Assembly: GCF_052099115.1 (NCBI RefSeq) | Contig: NZ_JBQDQS010000011.1 | Origin: Brachybacterium sp. | GTDB lineage: Bacteria > Actinomycetota > Actinomycetes > Actinomycetales > Dermabacteraceae | Length of the DNA stretch: 64,000 nt | Reading direction: 5' to 3' (one strand) | Part shown: positions 1-8,407 of the stretch, one piece after another | Layout of the letters: every line of letters begins with the position of its first letter | How positions within the stretch are numbered: position 1 is the stretch's first letter | Translations under genes and position numbers: made by a program | The notes under the pieces: model-generated | Database searches by the model: none | What the model saw: only the letters and a program-made list of their open reading frames with translations | Told to the model about the DNA's origin: nothing

Positions 1-205
1 GCTCGGAGACGATGATCTCCTCACTGGCACGATCGTGCTCGGTGACGATGTCGTGGCTGGAGGTCTTGTACTCGCGAGCCAGACCGTCGCGGTCCAGGCC
101 GCGGAGGTACTCCGCCGCCGCATGGGCCGCGGCCAGCGCGATGTCCAGCAGGTGCGACGGCGAGGGGACAGCAGCGGGCGGGGTGCGGGGCGCGGAGGTG
201 TTCAT
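1..205 (-). CDS. Inositol monophosphatase family protein, 5' part (runs off window start)
   Basis: Manual minus-strand translation from ATG 205: MNTSAPRTPP...LDIALAAAHAAAEYLRG...EYKTSSHDIVTEHDRASEEIIVSE, the IMPase N-terminal K-x(3,4)-D-x-V-T-x-x-D-x-x-x-E pattern. Not in the ORF track. TACCCT -10-like hexamer 7 nt upstream of the ATG. Confidence 0.8.
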   Translation of the reverse strand, partial: MNTSAPRTPPAAVPSPSHLLDIALAAAHAAAEYLRGLDRDGLAREYKTSSHDIVTEHDRASEEIIVSE

Positions 206-304
206 CCTGATCAGGGTAGCCCGCGCCCGTCGGCGTCGGGCGGGCGGACAGGGGGCGGGCAGCGTGCTGCGCGCACAGACCCTCAGACCCCCGCCCTCCT
301 GGGC

Positions 305-1615
305 TCAGCCCAGCAGATGGCGCAGGTAGGAGCTCATCAGCAGGCCGTCCGGGTCCGCGGCCGCACGGACGGCTCGGAAGTCCTCGAAGCGGGGGTAGAG
401 CTCCGTGAGCTCCCGGGCGCCCAGCCAGTGCAGCTTCCCCCAGTGCGGGCGGGCGCCGAAGGCCGCCAGGGTCCGCTGCACCAGCAGCAGGTAGGGTCCC
501 GCCTCCTCCGCGTGGTGGCGATGCGCAGCGATGTACACGGTGTCGCGGTCGTGGGCGGTGGACAGCCACACCCCGTCGGCCGCGGCGCGGCGGATCTCGA
601 GCGGGAAGGTGACGCGCACGTCCTCGGCCTCCAGGCGGGCCCGCAGCGCCGCGAACGCCTCCTCGAAGCGGTCGGCGGGCAGCGCCCACTCGGATTCGTG
701 GAAGCGCACCCGTCGCGGCGCGACGAAGACGGCGGCGGAATCGTCGATCACCCGGGGCCCGGCGAACAGGTGCGAGGCGATCTCGGCGAGGGGACGGCTG
801 AGCGGCGGGACCAGTGCGGCGCCGCGGCACAGCAGCTCCCAGGCACCATTGCCGAGGACGTCCTGCTGCAGAACCTCGACGGCGCGGGCGGGCCGGTGCC
901 GCGGGGCGTGCGGGGGCAGTCGGCGCATGGTGCGCACGGTCGCCCGGTCGGCGCGGGGGAACCAGAAGAACTCGTGGTGGTCCGCACGCGAGGAGTCGGC
1001 GAGGAAGCTGGCCGCTGTCGGCTCCAGCGCTTCGGTGCGCTCGACCAGCTCGAGGCGATAGGCGGGCACGCACTGCACGGTGACCTCAAGAACCACTGCG
1101 ATGCTGCCGAGCCCGAGCCGGGCGGCTTCGAAGAGGTCGGGGTCGTGGCTGGGCGAGGTGTCCACGACGGAACCGTCGGCCAGCACCAGCCGCAGGCCGC
1201 GCACCATGCCCGCGAAGCCGGTGAAGGCCGCGCCGGTGCCGTGGGTGCCGGTCTGGATCGCGCCGGCGATGGACTGCCGATCGATGTCCCCCATCACCGA
1301 CAGTGCGAGCCCGTAGGGGGCCAGCAGCTCGGCGATCGCCCACAATCGGGTGCCCCCGCGCAGCGTGACCAGTCCCGTCTCGGGATCGGCGGAGAGCAGG
1401 CCCTGGAGGCCGTCCAGTGACAGCGTGATCCCGTCGGTCGCCGCGAGGGCGGAGAAGGAGTGGCCGCCGCCGAGCACCCGCAGCGAGCAGCCGCGGGCGC
1501 GGGCGGCCTGGATGGCGGCGACCACGGCCTCCTGCGAGGTGGGGCGCAGCACCTGCTGCGGTCTCCACGATGTGCCTCTGCTCCAGGTGCGCAGGGTCTT
1601 GGTGCTCGCCGGCAT
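305..1615 (-). CDS. FAD-linked aldonolactone oxidase/dehydrogenase (D-arabinono-1,4-lactone oxidase / L-gulonolactone oxidase family)
   Basis: C-terminal 436 aa of ORF 305..2644 from MPASTKT. Has the FAD-attachment motif LGGGHSFS, the IAGAIQTGTHGTG motif and the C-terminal RPHWGK signature. Confidence 0.88.
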   Translation of the reverse strand: MPASTKTLRTWSRGTSWRPQQVLRPTSQEAVVAAIQAARARGCSLRVLGGGHSFSALAATDGITLSLDGLQGLLSADPETGLVTLRGGTRLWAIAELLAPYGLALSVMGDIDRQSIAGAIQTGTHGTGAAFTGFAGMVRGLRLVLADGSVVDTSPSHDPDLFEAARLGLGSIAVVLEVTVQCVPAYRLELVERTEALEPTAASFLADSSRADHHEFFWFPRADRATVRTMRRLPPHAPRHRPARAVEVLQQDVLGNGAWELLCRGAALVPPLSRPLAEIASHLFAGPRVIDDSAAVFVAPRRVRFHESEWALPADRFEEAFAALRARLEAEDVRVTFPLEIRRAAADGVWLSTAHDRDTVYIAAHRHHAEEAGPYLLLVQRTLAAFGARPHWGKLHWLGARELTELYPRFEDFRAVRAAADPDGLLMSSYLRHLLG

Positions 1616-1677
1616 CGGCCGCTCCTTCGGGGCTCGGTGGGGCGCGGTCCTCGGGGTCCGCGGTGGGAGAGGACGGC

Positions 1678-2892
1678 TCAGAGGAAGACTGCACCCTCTC
1701 CGCGGTAGGTGGGATGGAATCCGACGATCTCGTCGCCGCGGACCAGCAGATAGCTCGCGAAATGTTCCGCGGGCTCCCCGGCCTTGGCGTGGCGCAGCCA
1801 CACCGTGTCCCCCACTCGCAGCTGCTCGGCGGCGGCTCCGAGGACGGGGGTCTGCACCTCGCCCGCCGCTTCCTGCGGGGCGAAGGTGAGTGAGCTCGGG
1901 TGGGCGATGGTGGGCAGGCGGTCCGCTCCCGGGACGCCGCTGGCGATCCAGCCTCCGCCGAGCAGCGTCGCCACGCCGGGGGCGGGACGGCGCACCACGC
2001 TCACCCCGAGCAGCAGGGCCGGATGCGGGGCGAAGTCCCGGTAGCGGTCGAAGAGTCCAGGGCCGATCAGTCCGGAGCCGGCCGCGATCTCGGTGACCGC
2101 CTCCTCGGCGGCGGTGGACTCGATCGACCCGGTACCGCCGCCGTTGACGAACTCGAGGTCGGCGATCTCCCCCACTGCGGCGACCGCCTCGGCGCGCCGG
2201 GCGGCGATGTCCGGGCGGGACAGTCGCTTCATGGTGCGCACCGCCGCGCCGTACGCGGTGGGGGCCGCATCCGTCACGCCGGCGATGTGGCCCTCGTAGG
2301 CCATCATTCCCACCAGCTCGAGGCCGGGGCGGGCCTGGACCGCTCGGGCCAGGGACACGGCCTGCTCGGGGCTGCGCAGGGGTGAGCGCAGAGCCCCGAA
2401 GCGCACCCCGGGCAGTGGTGCGTAGGAGACGTCGAGCTCGAGGGCGAGCCGGATCCGCCGATCCCCCGGTCGAGCGCGGAGGTCCGAGGTGGCGTCGAGG
2501 ATCAGCTCGAGCTGCGCGGTCTCGTCGACCATCAGGGTGATGGCGTCCAGAGCCTCGGGGAGCATGGCGAGCCGGCGCAACGCCCCGCGCTCGACGCTGG
2601 GGTAGGCGACGACGACGTCGCGCGCACCGTGCTCGACCAGCCACAGTGCCTCAGGCAGGGTGAATGCGAGGATCCCGGCATATTCGGGCCGGGTCAGCAC
2701 CCGCTCGAGCAGGCCCCGGACCCGCAGGGATTTCGAGGCGACCCGCAGCGGGGTGCCGGCGGCGCGGCGGGCGAGGTCCGCCGCATTGGCGTCGAAGGCG
2801 TCGAGGTCGAGCACCGCGAGCGGCCGCTCGTGGTAGCCCTCGCGGGCGAGCAGCGACTCGAGGTCGCGGAACTCGCGGCCGGCGCGCCCCAT
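1678..2892 (-). CDS. Fold-type III PLP enzyme (alanine racemase-like / DSD1 / D-threonine aldolase family)
   Basis: From MGRAGREF: PLAVLDLDAFDAN, RVASKSLRV (PLP lysine), GMMAYEGH, VNGGGTGS, EIAAGSGL, GEVQTP, RHAKAGE. Confidence 0.85.
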   Translation of the reverse strand: MGRAGREFRDLESLLAREGYHERPLAVLDLDAFDANAADLARRAAGTPLRVASKSLRVRGLLERVLTRPEYAGILAFTLPEALWLVEHGARDVVVAYPSVERGALRRLAMLPEALDAITLMVDETAQLELILDATSDLRARPGDRRIRLALELDVSYAPLPGVRFGALRSPLRSPEQAVSLARAVQARPGLELVGMMAYEGHIAGVTDAAPTAYGAAVRTMKRLSRPDIAARRAEAVAAVGEIADLEFVNGGGTGSIESTAAEEAVTEIAAGSGLIGPGLFDRYRDFAPHPALLLGVSVVRRPAPGVATLLGGGWIASGVPGADRLPTIAHPSSLTFAPQEAAGEVQTPVLGAAAEQLRVGDTVWLRHAKAGEPAEHFASYLLVRGDEIVGFHPTYRGEGAVFL

Positions 2893-2903
2893 GAGCCCGG
2901 CGC

Positions 2904-3788
2904 TCAGGCCCGGCGCCGCGCGAGGATCTCGTCGAGGTGCAGGTCCTGGGCCGGGGCGAGGTTCTCGTCCACGGCCTCGAGCTCCTCGACCCGCTCGTTC
3001 TCCAGCGGCACGGAGGTGGCGAGCATGCTCTGACGGTGGGCCGCGTGGCGGCTGGCGAGATCGTCGACCTCGCCGCGCAGAGCGTAGGTGGGGCGCGGCA
3101 CGGGCCGCGGGGTCCATTCCCCGGGGCGGGAGACCTGCTCCGCCGCCCGCTGGGAGGTGGTCTCGAGGTCGGCCTGCGGTGACGGCTCGATGGTGGCAGG
3201 GGCGGTCCCGGTCGCTGGTGCCAGTGCCTGCTCGCGCTGGTCGACCTCCCGGCGCCGCGCGGTCTCGGCCTCGGCGCGCTGGCGGCGCAGGCGGGTGGCG
3301 GCACGAGTCGCCCGGGCCCGGCGCTCCAGCTCCAGGCGACGCAGCCCCACCAGATAGGCGGCGATGCCGACGACGGCGAGCACCGGCACCCACCACGCCA
3401 CCACCTGCACCGCGGCGAGGACGACGAGTACGGCGGCGACCGTGAGCAGGGCGCCGAGCACCATGCTGAGCAGCCGACGAGAGCGGACCCGCTCGCCGGC
3501 GGAGTCGATGCGGGTGCCGGGCTCGGCGTCGAACCGCGGTCGGCGGGTGGGATCAGAGGGACGCAGGAGCAGTCGGTCCTGGGACATGGGCGGGTTCACC
3601 TCGGTGGACGTGCGGCGGGAGTGGACGGCCGCGGAGAGGTCCCGCGCCTGGGGGGTCATCTCGGCTTCGTCGGCCGCGCGGGCGCGCCCCATCACCTCAC
3701 GACGGTTCGCGGTGCGCGGCAGGGCGTAGGCCAGCCACAGCAGCAGCAGGATGCCGAAGAGGACGGCTCCGAGATTGATCGACTCCAC
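2904..3788 (-). CDS. SepX/GlpR-family membrane protein (Rv0996-like)
   Basis: N-terminal TM helix, two central TM helices (VVAWWVPVLAVVG), WTPRPVPRPTY motif and RRA C-terminus; lies directly downstream of rimJ as in mycobacteria. Confidence 0.7.
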   Translation of the reverse strand: MESINLGAVLFGILLLLWLAYALPRTANRREVMGRARAADEAEMTPQARDLSAAVHSRRTSTEVNPPMSQDRLLLRPSDPTRRPRFDAEPGTRIDSAGERVRSRRLLSMVLGALLTVAAVLVVLAAVQVVAWWVPVLAVVGIAAYLVGLRRLELERRARATRAATRLRRQRAEAETARRREVDQREQALAPATGTAPATIEPSPQADLETTSQRAAEQVSRPGEWTPRPVPRPTYALRGEVDDLASRHAAHRQSMLATSVPLENERVEELEAVDENLAPAQDLHLDEILARRRA

Positions 3789-3824
3789 ACCGACACCTTA
3801 ATGACACTGCTGTGATTCCCCTGG

Positions 3825-4451
3825 TCACGTTGCGGGCGTGTCGGAAGGAAACTCGTCTCGGAGTCGTCGTAGCACTCCTCGGCCATCGTCTCCGGTGGCG
3901 ACCTCGTCTGCGGTGAGCGCGAAGACCAGGTGGTCGCGCCAGGCCCCGTCGACGTGGATCGCCGAGCGCCGCAGCCCCTCCTGGCGCAGATGCAGCTTCT
4001 CCACCACCCGCAGGCTGGCCGCGTTCTCGGGCCGCACGGTGACCTCGATCCGGTGGACACCGAGCTCGGCGAAGAGGTGGTCGATCAGCAGCGCCGTCGC
4101 ACGCGGCACGATCCCGCGGCCGGCCGCCTCGTGGCCGATCCAGTAGCCGAGCACCGCGGAGCGCAGCGCACCGTACTGGATGGGGCCTGCGGTGATCTGA
4201 CCGACCAGCCGACCCTGGACCGTGATCACCAGCGGCAGCGCGAGCCCCAGCCGCGCCTGCTGCTGGTTCCAGCGGTGCAGGGTGCGGAAATCGATCGGGA
4301 GCGGGCCGCGCTCGGGGTCGGTCGCATCCCAGGGGCGCAGCCAGCTGGCGTTGCGCCCCCGCAACCGTTCGAAGGCCGCGCGGTCGCGGCGGCGCAGGGG
4401 GCGCAGCGTCAGCTCCCCGTCATGCAGTGCCAGCGGCCACACGTGAACCAT
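3825..4451 (-). CDS. rimJ: RimJ/RimL-family GNAT N-acetyltransferase
   Basis: LTLRPLRRRD, AVLGYWIG, GVHRIEVTVRPENAASLRVVEKL, IHVDGAWRDHLVFALT. Start set at ATG 4451, 6 nt after TACGAT. Confidence 0.88.
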   Translation of the reverse strand: MVHVWPLALHDGELTLRPLRRRDRAAFERLRGRNASWLRPWDATDPERGPLPIDFRTLHRWNQQQARLGLALPLVITVQGRLVGQITAGPIQYGALRSAVLGYWIGHEAAGRGIVPRATALLIDHLFAELGVHRIEVTVRPENAASLRVVEKLHLRQEGLRRSAIHVDGAWRDHLVFALTADEVATGDDGRGVLRRLRDEFPSDTPAT

Positions 4452-4530
4452 CGCGTCATCGTAGACGGCGCCAGGGGGATCTTGTGCTCCGTCCCGGCCG
4501 GGACGTGGCGCGCTGTGCGAACCTGGGGCC

Positions 4531-5193
4531 ATGGACGAGGAGACGGTGAGGTCGCGCAAGCAGGAGCTGCGCCGGCAGCTGCGGTCCCGCCGGGCCGCCA
4601 GCTACGCTGGCCAGGACGGTGCCGAGCGACGGGCCCGGGAGGCGCAGCAGCTCCTCGCGCACGCCGCACCGCTGATCGCCGAGATCCAGCTGGCGGTGGC
4701 CGCCGCCTCCGCCGCGGGCACACCGGCCCCGCTGGTCGCCGCCTACCACCCCACGCCTGCGGAGGCCGATGTGCTGCCGCTGGCCGGCCGGCTCGCGAGC
4801 GCCGGTGCCCAGGTGGTGTTCCCGGCCGCCGCCGGGCGGGAGTTGGAATGGGTGATCTGGGACGGCCGGTCCCCCTTCGCGGACTCCCCCGGTCGCGGCT
4901 TCGGGAAGGAGCCGACCGGCGAGCGGCTCGGCACCCGGGCGCTCGCAGCGGCGATGCTGGTGCTGACACCCGCCGTGGCGGTGGACCGCACCGGCACTCG
5001 GATCGGGCACGGGGCCGGCTACTACGACCGAGCCCTGAGCACCCTGCCCGAGGACGCGCGGATCGTCGCGGTGATCAACCCCGAGGAGCTGCTGGAGGCG
5101 GAGTCGCTGCCGCAGGAGGAGCACGATGTACCGATCCCCGAAGTGCTCACGGCAGACGGCCTCGTCTCGCTGGTCACGTCCCCGCGCGCCTGA
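4531..5193 (+). CDS. 5-formyltetrahydrofolate cyclo-ligase
   Basis: KQELRRQLR N-terminus; VLTPAVAVDRTGTRIGHGAGYYDRAL ATP-binding motif; LPQEEHDVP. Confidence 0.9.
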   Translation: MDEETVRSRKQELRRQLRSRRAASYAGQDGAERRAREAQQLLAHAAPLIAEIQLAVAAASAAGTPAPLVAAYHPTPAEADVLPLAGRLASAGAQVVFPAAAGRELEWVIWDGRSPFADSPGRGFGKEPTGERLGTRALAAAMLVLTPAVAVDRTGTRIGHGAGYYDRALSTLPEDARIVAVINPEELLEAESLPQEEHDVPIPEVLTADGLVSLVTSPRA

Positions 5194-5266
5194 GCCCCGC
5201 GCGGTCGTAGACTCTTCCCCGGTCGCCCGCGCGACCCAGCACTTCGACCATCCCGGAGGATCCCGC

Positions 5267-5608
5267 GTGCCCACCTACGTCTACGCCTGCAAGAACTGCG
5301 GACATCGTTTCGAGCAGTACCAGAGCTTCAGCGAGGACTCGCTGCAGATCTGCCCCGAGTGCACCCAGGGCGCGTTGCGCAAGGTCTTCGACTCCGTGGG
5401 CATCGTCTTCAAGGGGTCCGGTTTCTACTCCACCGACTCCGCGACCTCCGGCGCCTCGACGGGCTCCTCCGGTTCCTCCGGTGCGAGCACCGGCGACTCC
5501 ACGAGCACCGCCGACTCCACGAGCAGCGGCGACTCCACGAGCAGCTCCTCCGAGACGTCCTCGACCTCCAGCACCCCGAGCGCTCAGCCCGCCCCCGCGA
5601 CGTCCTGA
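5267..5608 (+). CDS. FmdB-family zinc-ribbon protein (Rv0991c/Ruc-like) with Ser/Thr-rich tail
   Basis: GTG start after GGAGGA; PTYVYACKNCGHRFE...CPECTQGALRKVFDSVGIVFKGSGFYSTDS. Confidence 0.9.
   Translation: MPTYVYACKNCGHRFEQYQSFSEDSLQICPECTQGALRKVFDSVGIVFKGSGFYSTDSATSGASTGSSGSSGASTGDSTSTADSTSSGDSTSSSSETSSTSSTPSAQPAPATS
5485..5545 (+). repeat. 18-bp coding tandem repeat, 3.4 copies (STGDST/STADST/SSGDST)
   Basis: gagcaccggcgactccac / gagcaccgccgactccac / gagcagcggcgactccac / gagcagc read directly. Confidence 0.9.
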
Positions 5609-5731
5609 GCCGCGGGCGAGAGCAGCACGGGAGCAGCCGCCCCCGCGCCGACCTCTCCTCCCCAGCGCGCCCTCATCCACTATTTCGATGCTCCGGCCCG
5701 GTGGCACGGCCGGGCCGCCTAGCGTCGCGGC

Positions 5732-6364
5732 ATGCTCTCCCGTCTCCGTGCTCATCTGCCCGCCTGGCGCCGTGCCCTGCGCCGGCGGCGACGGCTGCTC
5801 GCTGCGCTGGCCATCGCGGCGCTGGTCGCGGCCCTGCTGCCCTCGATGCTGCCGCCCTCGGCGCGCGGGGTCGAGGTGGTCGTCGCCGATGCCGCGCTCG
5901 CGCCCGGCACGGTGCTGACCTCTGCTGATCTGAGCACCGCCCGCATCGCGGAGGACCTGGTCCCCGCGGGGAGCGCACTCGAGGTCGACGCAGCAGTGGG
6001 CCGCACCACCCGGGTCCCGTTGGACGCCGGGGCGCCCCTGCTGCCCGGCATGCTCGAGACCGTCGGCGCCACCGCGATCCCCGAGGGCTCCGTACTGATC
6101 ACGGTGCCTGTGCCCGCAGCGCTGGCGCCGCATCTGTCGCCGGGCACCGGGATCGAGCTGCTCTCGACGGATCCGAGCCACTTCGGAGGCTCGGGGGTCC
6201 CGGCGCAGGTCCTCGAGGTCGTCACGGTCGATGCCGCCACGTCTGCGCTGGGCGGCGGAGGGTCCGGGACGGCCGAGGCGCTCGTCACCGTCGAGCGGGG
6301 GCGAGCAGGAGAAGTCGCTCACGCGCTGGGGGTCGGCACCCTCGTGGTGACGGTGATCGGTTAA
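5732..6364 (+). CDS. SAF-domain membrane protein (RcpC/CpaB-like, Rv0990c-like)
   Basis: Arg-rich N-terminus plus TM helix; VVVADAALAPGTVLTSADL SAF motif; conserved position between FmdB and mscL. Confidence 0.8.
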   Translation: MLSRLRAHLPAWRRALRRRRRLLAALAIAALVAALLPSMLPPSARGVEVVVADAALAPGTVLTSADLSTARIAEDLVPAGSALEVDAAVGRTTRVPLDAGAPLLPGMLETVGATAIPEGSVLITVPVPAALAPHLSPGTGIELLSTDPSHFGGSGVPAQVLEVVTVDAATSALGGGGSGTAEALVTVERGRAGEVAHALGVGTLVVTVIG

Positions 6365-6429
6365 AGTCCCTCTCGGACCGCCCAGCGGCTCCATCTCCTC
6401 AGTATCCCTCTCCTCGTAAGGATGACCCC

Positions 6430-6867
6430 ATGAAGGGTTTCAAGAACTTCGTCATGCAGGGCAACGTCATCGACCTCGCCGTCGGTGTCGTGATCGGCGG
6501 GGCCTTCACCGCGCTGATCGGCGCGTTCGTGGACAACCTGATCCAGCCGGTGATCAACGTGTTCGGCGGGCAGAACCCCACCGGCCTCGCGTTCCCCATC
6601 ATCGAGGGCAATGACGCCACCCTCGTCAACATCGGCGCCGTGCTCTCGGCGATCATCGCCTTCCTGATCACCGCGGCCGTCGTCTACTTCGTGTTCGTGC
6701 TGCCGATCTCCTCCGCGCGCAAGCTCGATCGCAAGCGCCGCGGGCTCCCTGCGGAGGAGGAGACCGCGGTCTCCGAGGACATCGTGCTGCTCACCGAGAT
6801 CCGCGACGCGCTCACCGCGCAGCGGGGCGGGGCGAGCCAGCTCGGCGGGACCACCCCGCAGGTCTGA
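6430..6867 (+). CDS. mscL: Large-conductance mechanosensitive channel
   Basis: MKGFKNFVMQGNVIDLAVGVVIGGAF; IIAFLITAAVVYF; LLTEIRDAL. Confidence 0.96.
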   Translation: MKGFKNFVMQGNVIDLAVGVVIGGAFTALIGAFVDNLIQPVINVFGGQNPTGLAFPIIEGNDATLVNIGAVLSAIIAFLITAAVVYFVFVLPISSARKLDRKRRGLPAEEETAVSEDIVLLTEIRDALTAQRGGASQLGGTTPQV

Positions 6868-6872
6868 GCATC

Positions 6873-7856
6873 ATGCGCGGTGTCTCGGCACCAGATTCCA
6901 CCGGCGCGGGCCGGGGCCGTACGGCTCCGACCCGCGCCGTTCGTGCTGCCTCCCCCGCTCCGGAGAGCACGACCGGGCAGACCGCTGTCGAGGAGGACTC
7001 CGTCGATGCGGTGATCGCATGGTTCGCCGAGGAGGGCCGCGACCTGCCCTGGCGCCACGAGGACGCCTCGACCTGGGCGATCCTGGTCTCCGAGGTGATG
7101 CTTCAGCAGACCCCGGTGGTCCGGGTGCTGCCCCGCTGGCTGGAGTGGATGGAGCGCTGGCCCGCGCCGTCGGACCTCGCCGACGCACCGACCGCCGAGG
7201 TACTGCGCTGCTGGGACCGGCTCGGCTACCCGCGACGGGCGCTGCGGCTGCAGGAGTGCGCGCGGGTCATCGTGCGCGAGCACGGCGGGAGGGTGCCCCG
7301 GGGCGAGGAGGCCCTGCGGTCGCTGCCGGGGATCGGTGAGTACACCGCCGCCGCGATCACGGCCTTCTCCCACCAGGAGCGAGCGGTGGTGGTCGATACC
7401 AATATTCGCCGCGTGCTCGCACGCAGCGTGCGCGGCCGGGCCCTGCCCGACCGCTCCTACAGCGCCGCCGAACGCGCCGTAGCCACGGCCAGCCTGCCCC
7501 TCCCCCGTCAGCGCTCGGTGGACTGGAACCGGGCCGTGATGGAGTTGGGGGCGCTGGTGTGCACCGCCCGCGCCCCGCGCTGTGAGCAGTGCCCGCTGGC
7601 CGGGAACGGCTGTGCGTGGTTCGCCGCCGGGCGCCCCCGGGCACAGGAGGACACCCGGCGTCGTCAGGCCTTCGAGGGCACGGACCGACAGATGCGCGGC
7701 ATGATCATGGCACTGCTGCGCCGGGACGGCTCCGCCGCGGAGGACCAGCTGCTGGCGCTCGACGAAGCGAACATCGAGCGGGCCCGGCGAGGCATCCGCA
7801 CGCTGATCGCCGACGGGCTCGCGGTCCGCGAGGGGACACAGCTGCGCCTGCCCTGA
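6873..7856 (+). CDS. mutY: A/G-specific adenine glycosylase (short actinobacterial MutY); exact start uncertain
   Basis: RDLPWR, ILVSEVMLQQT, HhH LPGIGEYTAAA, VVDTNIRRV, Fe-S loop CTARAPRCEQCPLAGNGC. Confidence 0.88.
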   Translation: MRGVSAPDSTGAGRGRTAPTRAVRAASPAPESTTGQTAVEEDSVDAVIAWFAEEGRDLPWRHEDASTWAILVSEVMLQQTPVVRVLPRWLEWMERWPAPSDLADAPTAEVLRCWDRLGYPRRALRLQECARVIVREHGGRVPRGEEALRSLPGIGEYTAAAITAFSHQERAVVVDTNIRRVLARSVRGRALPDRSYSAAERAVATASLPLPRQRSVDWNRAVMELGALVCTARAPRCEQCPLAGNGCAWFAAGRPRAQEDTRRRQAFEGTDRQMRGMIMALLRRDGSAAEDQLLALDEANIERARRGIRTLIADGLAVREGTQLRLP

Positions 7857-7897
7857 GCGGCCCGTCGGCGCGGGGAGCTCCCGGGCGCGGGATCCCG

Positions 7898-8407
7898 TCA
7901 GCGCGGGGCGAGGAGCTCCTTGAGCATGCGGGTGTTGCCGAGCGTGTTGGGCTTGACCCGGGCGAGATCGAGGAACTCCGCGATCCCCTCGTCCGGGGAG
8001 CGCAGGAGCTGGTTGTAGATGTCGGGATCCACGGCCTCGCTCATCACCTCGAAGCCGTGCCGGGTGAAGAACTCCACCTCGAAGGTCAAGCAGAACACGC
8101 GCTGCAATCCGAGCTCCAGCGCGCGCTCGAGCAGGGAGTCGAGCAGACGGTGTCCCAATCCGGTGCCGCGCTGGTCCTCGTGCACCGCGAGGGTCCGCAC
8201 CTCGGCGAGGTCCTCCCACATCACGTGGAGCGCGCCGCAGCCGACCACCTCCCCGTCCTCATCGGTCGCCACCAGGAACTCCTGGACCGCCTCGTAGTAG
8301 GACACCAGATCCTTGCCGAGCAGGACACCGGTGTGGGTCATCGGCTCGACGAGGCGGTTGATGCCGCGCACGTCGGCGGGCAGTGCGGAGCGGATGATGA
8401 TGCTCAT
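7898..8407 (-). CDS. Amino-acid N-acetyltransferase (short GNAT ArgA-like)
   Basis: From MSIIIRSA: VVGCGALHVMWEDLAEVRTLAV, RGTGLGHRLL, RVFCLTFEVEFF, LGNTRMLK. Confidence 0.85.
   Translation of the reverse strand: MSIIIRSALPADVRGINRLVEPMTHTGVLLGKDLVSYYEAVQEFLVATDEDGEVVGCGALHVMWEDLAEVRTLAVHEDQRGTGLGHRLLDSLLERALELGLQRVFCLTFEVEFFTRHGFEVMSEAVDPDIYNQLLRSPDEGIAEFLDLARVKPNTLGNTRMLKELLAPR

Noticed and set aside
305-2644. Apparent 779-aa protein
   Set aside because: Only the last 436 aa are the oxidase; the upstream part is an off-frame read through the PLP-enzyme gene. The same applies to 34360..36177 (tilS over dacB), 1678..3396 and 26315..28330.
5732-6364. SAF/CpaB-like gene as part of a Tad pilus locus
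   Set aside because: No tadA, tadB, tadC or pilin genes; it sits in the conserved FmdB-SAF-mscL context.
6873-7856. MutY lacking the C-terminal NUDIX-like domain as a truncation
   Set aside because: Short MutY proteins are typical of Actinobacteria and the catalytic and Fe-S motifs are intact.
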